A DNA stretch of 64,000 bases from an uncultured virus (IMG/VR IMGVR_UViG_3300037067_010746). Its lineage: Duplodnaviria > Heunggongvirae > Uroviricota > Caudoviricetes. The translations under genes were made by a program, and so were the position numbers. This document shows, piece by piece, positions 57,635 through 64,000 of this stretch (the stretch's first letter is position 1; each line of letters opens with the position of its first letter). Location: the IMG/VR virus record IMGVR_UViG_3300037067_010746. One strand, written 5' to 3'. Under the pieces are notes generated by a model. It had not been told where the DNA came from. It worked only from the letters and a program-made list of their open reading frames with translations, and ran no database searches.

Positions 57635-58742
57635 TATAAATTTTGTTTTGAGTTATCATACTTAATTCTTGAATAATATTTATAAGAGTTTCTGGAGGAG
57701 TTCCGATTGACTGAGAATCAGCGGTGATCATATTTGTTACTAAGAAATCATTAACTCCACAATTATTCGCATAATCATCAATTAATACAGAAATTTCTTC
57801 AAAATACTCATCATTTTGACTCCAATAAATTGCACAATTTGAATTAGCATCTACGCCATCATCATTTGTTTGTGGCAATGAAGGAATATCTATATTTAAT
57901 TCTACCAATTGAATAACAAGATGCACAAATTGTAAAGCAATCATGTCATACTTAAGTTCAGTATAACGTTTTTTCATTTGGTCTAATCTTTTCTTACAAT
58001 TAAGAACATCTATTTTTACGTTATAAAGATTTTGCACTAATGGAGCAATTTTCTGAACATATTGTTTAATTATTGTATTTCGACATTTAATATTTAATTT
58101 AAGGGACTCAAGATATTCAATAGTATAAGAATTTTTATTTATTTCATACTCTTCGATACACGCATTATCATCTTCATTCTGACACATAAGATAATCTAAA
58201 TGCGATTCCATCCTATAATTAAAATCAGTAGGATAATTAGACTGCAATAGTAATGCAAGAACGTCCTTACATAAATTTTGTAATTTTCTATCTTCTAATT
58301 TCCATATCCAATTTATAAAAATACCATTAAATTCTCCATTTAATCCATAACATTCATAATATATAATTGTTTTATAATCATTATCAAATCGATAAGATAA
58401 AAGCATTTCATTTTCATCGATAGAATTAACTATCCATTTGACTACATCAAAAATAGTATCGCTTTTAGACCACATTTTATCTTCCACTCCAGGAATATTA
58501 ATAAAAGTATTATACATGTTACTAATTGATAATTTTACTTCTTCTTTCGTATAATTATCATAACATTCTTTTTCAAACAACGTTTCATCTTTTGACTTTA
58601 GATCATAGGGAGAACAAATTCGCTTTTCGTTCTTGCAATTTCTTGTGGCTCTTTTATTTGAGTGTTTAAGTATGTGTTTAGAATTTGAGCGAATTGTTTC
58701 CCTTGAGATCTTAGTACTTGAGATGTTTCTCCACGTTTCCAT
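57609..58742 (-). CDS. PRTRC-associated protein, positional equivalent of protein F (start uncertain)
   Basis: 377 aa between the Ubl and E2 genes. The assignment is by synteny; the first 50 aa or so overlap another ORF. Confidence 0.55.
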   Translation of the reverse strand: METWRNISSTKISRETIRSNSKHILKHSNKRATRNCKNEKRICSPYDLKSKDETLFEKECYDNYTKEEVKLSISNMYNTFINIPGVEDKMWSKSDTIFDVVKWIVNSIDENEMLLSYRFDNDYKTIIYYECYGLNGEFNGIFINWIWKLEDRKLQNLCKDVLALLLQSNYPTDFNYRMESHLDYLMCQNEDDNACIEEYEINKNSYTIEYLESLKLNIKCRNTIIKQYVQKIAPLVQNLYNVKIDVLNCKKRLDQMKKRYTELKYDMIALQFVHLVIQLVELNIDIPSLPQTNDDGVDANSNCAIYWSQNDEYFEEISVLIDDYANNCGVNDFLVTNMITADSQSIGTPPETLINIIQELSMITQNKIYNDTRFKNN

Positions 58743-58816
58743 GTTATCTTCTCAATATCATTTATAACATCAAGTGTTGTTCTAACCTTTTGTTCCTGTT
58801 TGTTGCGAGAAGACAT
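58598..58816 (-). CDS. Possible overlapping small protein within the PRTRC operon
   Basis: 72-aa ORF overlapping the Ubl 3' end and the F-like 5' end, with a protein-like amphipathic sequence. Confidence 0.4.
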   Translation of the reverse strand: MSSRNKQEQKVRTTLDVINDIEKITWKRGETSQVLRSQGKQFAQILNTYLNTQIKEPQEIARTKSEFVLPMI

Positions 58817-58997
58817 ATGTTATCTTATCATTCGAAATTTTAGGTTCGCCTATTGTTGCATTTATCAACTCCGGATGAGCTTGAGTATAATGTTCTTTTA
58901 CTTTTTGTGGAGTCCAACTTGATTCCGGATCCGGTAATAAAGTTATTTTACCATCTTTCTCAAAAGAGAATTCGCGTTTTAATATTTGTAGTTCCAT
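58782..58997 (-). CDS. PRTRC-system protein C (prokaryotic ubiquitin-like modifier)
   Basis: 71 aa; L.R.F...LPDP...TP..V...Y...PEL.NA.I, ending in GTKG-stop. Confidence 0.9.
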   Translation of the reverse strand: MELQILKREFSFEKDGKITLLPDPESSWTPQKVKEHYTQAHPELINATIGEPKISNDKITYVFSQQTGTKG

Positions 58998-59962
58998 TAA
59001 AATATAGTGTTTTCTGATTCTGCAATTGGTTCGACATCTTCATTATTATTTTCTTCTTCTAAAGATTCAGGAGTATCAAATATTGTTGGACCAACAACTT
59101 CTTTTGGTTTTTTAGGAATCTCTGCTTTAACTTTTGCTTTTTCTTTTGCTTTTTCTTTCTCCATTTGAGATTGGATTTTAGCATCGGCAACAGATTTCTC
59201 ATAATCAGCAATTTGTGTTGTCACATTACTTACATGAACTAATCCTTGAGTTAATAAAGTTATCATTTCAGTATCCATTTCGATAGGAGTACCTTTAAAT
59301 GTCATTGGAGGTAAAGCTGTTTTGAAATCTTGATCTCCAATTTTCGGTTCAGGATAAATAGAAACAATACCAATTGGACCTTCTTTGTTGATAATTATTT
59401 TTAATCCAAGAATATCTGGAATAACTTGAAATAGATTTCTAAAGAAACTACTTTCTCCATTAGGTACTTCAGTAGAATATATAACAACAGCTTTTGCAGC
59501 AATTAGAGCTTTTTCTAAAAGAACATTATCTTTTTGAAGTTTATCAATAGTAACTGCATCAAGTTTAGATTGTGAATCATCTTGAGTAGTAATAAATTCT
59601 TTTGCTTCACCAAGATCTTTAAATAATAAAGCATTATCATCTTCAAGTACTTTTATTCGAGCATCTTTTTGAGCTAATTGAACTTCTAATTGCTGACAAG
59701 CTTTTGTCATTTTATTAAGAGTATCTTCCATTTCTGCTTGTACTGAATCAGATTGATTAGAATCTTTGCCTGCTAATAATAAATCATAAGCTTTCTTTAA
59801 TTCAACTCTTTCAGTTAGCTGTATTGCAATTATTTCAAATCGTGCTTTTACACATTCAACGGCATATTCTTTTGCTTCATCTTGATATTTATTATCTAAG
59901 ATGTCCGATACTAAATCTCTTGTAGTAGTAGTATCTATTTGTTCTTTAATTATTTCAGTCAT
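58997..59962 (-). CDS. PRTRC-system protein E with N-terminal coiled-coil extension
   Basis: The C-terminal half FF..LF...VSIYP...LPPMTFKGTPIEMD is followed by a Lys/Glu-rich tail. TAATG-coupled to the Ubl. Confidence 0.8.
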   Translation of the reverse strand: MTEIIKEQIDTTTTRDLVSDILDNKYQDEAKEYAVECVKARFEIIAIQLTERVELKKAYDLLLAGKDSNQSDSVQAEMEDTLNKMTKACQQLEVQLAQKDARIKVLEDDNALLFKDLGEAKEFITTQDDSQSKLDAVTIDKLQKDNVLLEKALIAAKAVVIYSTEVPNGESSFFRNLFQVIPDILGLKIIINKEGPIGIVSIYPEPKIGDQDFKTALPPMTFKGTPIEMDTEMITLLTQGLVHVSNVTTQIADYEKSVADAKIQSQMEKEKAKEKAKVKAEIPKKPKEVVGPTIFDTPESLEEENNNEDVEPIAESENTIF

Positions 59963-59963
59963 T

Positions 59964-60218
59964 TTATTTAAAATGTTGATTATATAGAAATTCTGGCATA
60001 TATATTTTCTTTTCTTTAACTTTTACGTATTTAGATAATATATATGCATACTTGTTATTAATACAAATTAAAATTTGCTCGTTGTTTTTATTAATTTCAG
60101 TTAAGACTTCTCCTTCATAGAAAATATCTTTTACTTCTTTTTTTGAGTTCTTAGAATTCATATTCCAAGCTAATTCTTGTTGAACATCAAACCAAGTATT
60201 AGGATTTAATACGTACAT
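59964..60218 (-). CDS. Hypothetical protein (possible small SH3-like barrel)
   Basis: 84 aa abutting PRTRC-E; FYEGEVL...YAYILSKYV. Confidence 0.5.
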   Translation of the reverse strand: MYVLNPNTWFDVQQELAWNMNSKNSKKEVKDIFYEGEVLTEINKNNEQILICINNKYAYILSKYVKVKEKKIYMPEFLYNQHFK

Positions 60219-60240
60219 ATTCTTAATTTAAAGACAGAAT

Positions 60241-60268
60241 AAGCAGTGGACTATAAAATCCACTACTT
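60241..60268 (-). terminator. Intergenic hairpin, possible weak terminator or processing site
   Basis: The minus strand reads AAGTAGTGGA-TTTTATAG-TCCACTGCTT, followed by an imperfect U tract (ATTCTGTCTTT). Confidence 0.5.
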
Positions 60269-60282
60269 AAACTGAATTTATT

Positions 60283-61131
60283 TTAAAACATCACTTGAGC
60301 ATCTTCTACACCTAAACCTACATCCTTTAACATAAAATCTGTAAATCTATAGTTTCGTTCAGCTACTATTATCATATCCATCTTATCATGCTTGATTAAG
60401 TCAGTTCCAAGATTATATAAATCCCAAGCTGATTTTATTTCAGCATCATTATCTTTCTCAATATAAGCACCTGTAAAGGCACTTACTTGTGAAACATTTA
60501 ATGGAGCAACAATATTATTATTATTGCCGTCAACAGCTTGATAAAGCAATTTACCTATCATGTTATTGATAGCATCTTTTTGTACAGGAATACTTTTAAG
60601 CCCAGTAATTAAATTATCATACTTCTTACTTTTATCTTCCATGCCAGTAATCCAATTTTCAACAAGTCCTAAAGCTTGTTCATATTGTAGTTTGCCATTT
60701 CCATAGGTAGATAAAATATCACCACGAAAAGCAGTCATTCCATTAGTACAAATTAAGACAAGTTTACCAGTAGACATAGTAATACCTTTTTCAGTAATAT
60801 CTAATCTAATTTGCATAGTATCTTCTTTGGTCTCATATTGAGGAAATGTAATAATACCAGAAGTTCTTAGCATTGTATATGCTTTAATATTATGTTTCCC
60901 AACATAAGGTTCTAAGTCTTCATTATAAAGAGCATTTTTTCCACCTTGACAATGTATTGGTAGCATATTATAAGTAATATTATGCTTTTCTAACAACTCT
61001 AATGTATCAGCATATACACGTTGAGGTTCTACTATATGTTTACCGTCAGCATTTTTTAATTTTGCTGTTGCATTAAGTTCTTCGAGGTTTATTTCCTCGT
61101 ACTTGTTTTTGAATGTTAAAATTTTATCCAT
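60283..61131 (-). CDS. DUF932-family protein
   Basis: VLICTNGM signature and C-terminal SAWDLYNLGT. Confidence 0.8.
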   Translation of the reverse strand: MDKILTFKNKYEEINLEELNATAKLKNADGKHIVEPQRVYADTLELLEKHNITYNMLPIHCQGGKNALYNEDLEPYVGKHNIKAYTMLRTSGIITFPQYETKEDTMQIRLDITEKGITMSTGKLVLICTNGMTAFRGDILSTYGNGKLQYEQALGLVENWITGMEDKSKKYDNLITGLKSIPVQKDAINNMIGKLLYQAVDGNNNNIVAPLNVSQVSAFTGAYIEKDNDAEIKSAWDLYNLGTDLIKHDKMDMIIVAERNYRFTDFMLKDVGLGVEDAQVMF

Positions 61132-61138
61132 GATTTAA

Positions 61139-62320
61139 TTAAACTTTACTATTAATTGATGCTTCACAATTTCCACCATTACTTTGATTTAAAGAACATC
61201 GAGCACATTGCTCAGGAATAGGATTTGCTTCCCATCCAAATGCTTCTTCTCTTTCAATAATAGCTATTGCTTTGCGTATACGTTCCTTCATTTCTCTTTG
61301 ACGATAATTATTATTATTCTCATCAAAATAAGTTCTCTCAACGATTTTCTCTTGTAATTCAAGAGGTTCACTTTGATATCCCCATACCCAATAAAGAAAC
61401 AGTATGTTATTATTCTTGATCATATTTAATACGTTTTCTGGTACTACGTTTATAAGATGAGGATTTAATTCAAAATCTATATCGCGTACTAAATAATGAT
61501 ACATATCAGCTTGTAGGTGATCCATAAACTTAGGAGTACCCCAACAAAAGTTTCCAAATGTTGTATTTACATTACTCGTAACCTTAACATCTATTATTGC
61601 TAAACGAAGTAATCCTTCATAAATAATAGGAGTAGGGAATAAATCGAGTTCTCCAACAAGTAAATATTTTTTACCATCCCAATGTTTGAATATATCAAGA
61701 TGTGTATTTACTCCAGTAATAATTTCAACTTGTAATTGTTGTGCCTTTTGTTTAAATCGTTCAACTTGAATTTCAAGTCTTTGTTGATCAATTCGTTTTT
61801 CTCCAATTACAGGATAACCTTTGGCAATCAACTCTAATTCTCTTTTTTTACTTAATTTCTTTCTTGGTAAATCGAGAACACGAGAAGAACCAGTAGTTCC
61901 ACCTAATACATGAGATTCAAAGAATTTTCCAGCCATCATTGCATCAGAAGAGATATCTTTGCATTTTCGTTCCATAACACATTCTTTAATATATTTAGGA
62001 CAGAATTTTTCTTCTTCTTGATATTTATTGATAAGCTTTTTAATAAGGCTTTGGCTAATTAGAATATAGCCATCTGTTATTTTATTTTCTCGCTTAGTAC
62101 GAGTATCTGGTTTTTCATCTAAAGCTCCAGGAGGAATAGCATCCGGATTTTCTTTATAGAATACTGTAGTAGATTCTTGATTTGCTTTTTCAATAAATTC
62201 ATCATCAGTTTCTTCTGTATCAAAAATCTTTCCACTAAATTCCTGTTCTTTAGCATTCTCTTGCCTACGTTGGACTATACCCTTTTCATGTATATTAGGC
62301 TTAGTTATACCATATGACAT
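61139..62320 (-). CDS. PD-(D/E)XK exonuclease, Cas4/AddB-like with candidate Fe-S cysteines
   Basis: ISQS...FCP, G..F, GELD...IIDVK, Q...Y and C-terminal CARC...C. Confidence 0.8.
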   Translation of the reverse strand: MSYGITKPNIHEKGIVQRRQENAKEQEFSGKIFDTEETDDEFIEKANQESTTVFYKENPDAIPPGALDEKPDTRTKRENKITDGYILISQSLIKKLINKYQEEEKFCPKYIKECVMERKCKDISSDAMMAGKFFESHVLGGTTGSSRVLDLPRKKLSKKRELELIAKGYPVIGEKRIDQQRLEIQVERFKQKAQQLQVEIITGVNTHLDIFKHWDGKKYLLVGELDLFPTPIIYEGLLRLAIIDVKVTSNVNTTFGNFCWGTPKFMDHLQADMYHYLVRDIDFELNPHLINVVPENVLNMIKNNNILFLYWVWGYQSEPLELQEKIVERTYFDENNNNYRQREMKERIRKAIAIIEREEAFGWEANPIPEQCARCSLNQSNGGNCEASINSKV

Positions 62321-62592
62321 TAATAATAATTGTATAAAGTTTCAGCAAACTCTAATACCTTATCAGTAGTATCGAGTTCGCATACGATTACCGACATTGC
62401 CGCTCGTCTAAGAGCAGCTTGTCGACAAATTAATGTTTCTTTATTATCACCTTTTTGAACAATCCATTTACCGAATTTATTTGAGATTTTAATAAAGTCT
62501 TTAGCAATGACAACTTGACCAAGTTTTTCACAAACTACAGCAGTTGTTTCGGTTGCTACCTGTTTACATATAGAACTATCTTTTTGATTCAT
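62320..62592 (-). CDS. Hypothetical protein
   Basis: 90 aa, TAATG-coupled on both sides. Confidence 0.6.
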   Translation of the reverse strand: MNQKDSSICKQVATETTAVVCEKLGQVVIAKDFIKISNKFGKWIVQKGDNKETLICRQAALRRAAMSVIVCELDTTDKVLEFAETLYNYY

Positions 62593-63296
62593 TAGAATGG
62601 CAAATCATCTTCATTACCAATATTTGCAAATGGATCAGGATTATCTTTTGCCTCTTCAGAAGATTTAATTCTCGGAGTAAAAGATTTTGATGAACTTGTT
62701 GTTGGCTCAATATCTTTATCTACAGAAGTTGATACATCGCCAGTTAATTGAGGAATAATGATATCTTTAACTTTAGAAATTAAGAATTCGTCAAGATCGC
62801 TATAATCGCTTTTAATTAAAGTTCCTTTTTTGTCTACGATTTTTTCAATCATAGGAGCTAATTCTTCTCTTGTATACATATATTCAAGTTTAATATCATT
62901 AGACTTAACACTTGCATTCTTATATTCTCCTTTGTTTCCAAAGTATGCAATGTAGATATTATCAAAAGAAGTTGCAGTCAGCAATCTATTAAGAATACTT
63001 CTCATTACACCATTCATTTTTTCAAATTTGCATTTAAGCCGATATCGCACTTCTGTTTCGATATCTTTTAATGTGAGAACTACAGTAGGATATACATCCC
63101 CTGATTTTTGATATTCGCCAGTACCAAACTTGATATCGATTAATTGTCCTTGAACATAATCACATTCACTTACAACTTCTCCTTTCTCTCCTTCAGCTCT
63201 GTCAAATACTTCGATGTACGCTTTATCATCTTCTTTTTTTAGATTGATAAACGTAAAGAATAGCGTTTTCCCGCCGGTTTTGTTTCCGTAAGCCAT
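62592..63296 (-). CDS. Putative single-stranded DNA-binding protein
   Basis: Beta-rich OB-like core and acidic tail ending EDDLPF; lies in the recombination block. Confidence 0.7.
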   Translation of the reverse strand: MAYGNKTGGKTLFFTFINLKKEDDKAYIEVFDRAEGEKGEVVSECDYVQGQLIDIKFGTGEYQKSGDVYPTVVLTLKDIETEVRYRLKCKFEKMNGVMRSILNRLLTATSFDNIYIAYFGNKGEYKNASVKSNDIKLEYMYTREELAPMIEKIVDKKGTLIKSDYSDLDEFLISKVKDIIIPQLTGDVSTSVDKDIEPTTSSSKSFTPRIKSSEEAKDNPDPFANIGNEDDLPF

Positions 63297-63312
63297 TTTT
63301 TTAACTTTTTAA

Positions 63313-64000
63313 TTATGATTCTAATATATTGATTGACAACTCTTGTTCACTATCGGCGATAACTCTATCCATAAAGATAATACCATTATATTGTTTTGCA
63401 ATATTAAGCAATTCTGGTAAACGAGTATTATCATAACTTTCAGCACTTCCTATAAGCCAAATTGGTAATGCTTGATTAAGATGAGCCATAAGTTTAATGA
63501 TAATCATACCACCTTCAGAATAACTAACTGAATCCTTTGTAAATGGAATATAATTATTCCCATCGACATAAAAGCATTCGCCATCTTCAATAGATATATT
63601 CTCTACTGGTAATTTATTCTCTTCAATGATTGCCTCTTTTCGTTCACGTTTCTTTTTAATATCAGCATCAAGAATTTGTAATTCGTCAAATTTAACTTGA
63701 GCAACTTTTTTATTTTCAGTATAAGATTTATCTTTAGCTTCGATATTTCTAACTGCTTCAATAAAAGCTTTACCTGATGTTATACGTTCACGAACTTTAA
63801 ATTCATTACCTAAGTCTTTACAGTTATTTACATCTTCTAATGCTTTGATATTTTTATCCTTTAAATCAGGCATAATATTTTCAAATCCTTTTAGCTCAGA
63901 TAACCGTTTTACTTTTTTTTCCTCAAGTGATTTTATTTGTTGAGTAATATCATCGATATCTTCTTTTGCTGAATCTATAAATAAATTATTTTGCAAAATT
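63313..64000 (-). CDS. C-terminal part of an SMC/Rad50-like coiled-coil ATPase (partial)
   Basis: Frame is open to the window edge. A long coiled coil is followed by signature-like VSYSEG and a degenerate Walker B region (IWLIGSAESYD). Confidence 0.55.
   Translation of the reverse strand, partial: ILQNNLFIDSAKEDIDDITQQIKSLEEKKVKRLSELKGFENIMPDLKDKNIKALEDVNNCKDLGNEFKVRERITSGKAFIEAVRNIEAKDKSYTENKKVAQVKFDELQILDADIKKKRERKEAIIEENKLPVENISIEDGECFYVDGNNYIPFTKDSVSYSEGGMIIIKLMAHLNQALPIWLIGSAESYDNTRLPELLNIAKQYNGIIFMDRVIADSEQELSINILES

Noticed and set aside
52359..61131. Integrated ICE or transposon as the explanation for the PRTRC and methyltransferase genes
   Set aside because: No integrase, transposase, relaxase or flanking repeats are visible. 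The genes are co-oriented and translationally coupled with typical phage genes, without an evident compositional break.
1..64000. Stop-codon reassignment (TAG to Gln or TGA to Trp), known in some crAss-like phages
   Set aside because: Genes, including the 20.7-kb ORF, are intact under the standard code with near-complete coding density. TAG and TGA serve as plausible real stops (e.g. directly after the Ubl terminal Gly).
1..64000. CRISPR array, tRNA or rRNA genes
   Set aside because: Intergenic gaps are mostly under 70 nt, and I saw no spaced direct repeats or cloverleaf motifs. A tRNAscan/Infernal run would be needed to exclude them formally.

Overview
The window is an AT-rich, densely coding 64-kb segment of a crAss-like (Crassvirales-type) podovirus, most likely infecting Bacteroidota. 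It uses the standard genetic code. The + strand (1-49.6 kb) carries the late/virion module: holin, amidase, spanin-like protein, TerL, portal, scaffold, major capsid, ring/tail proteins, muzzle and ejection proteins. It continues with a single 6892-aa virion polyprotein and tail fibre genes. That polyprotein shows motifs for an SF1 helicase, two HExxH zincin-like peptidases, a crAss-type DFDID RNA polymerase and a PD-(D/E)XK nuclease. The - strand (49.6-64 kb) carries early/middle genes: SMC-like ATPase fragment, SSB, Cas4/AddB-like exonuclease, DUF932, DNA adenine methyltransferase, RusA-like resolvase, ASCH, HNH and a glycosyltransferase. The most notable feature is a compact PRTRC-type ubiquitin-like conjugation operon (E, Ubl/C ending in TKG, F-like, E2/B, E1/ThiF) in the early/middle block, with no JAB peptidase or ParB in the window. 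All family calls come from motif recognition by eye; no database searches were run.
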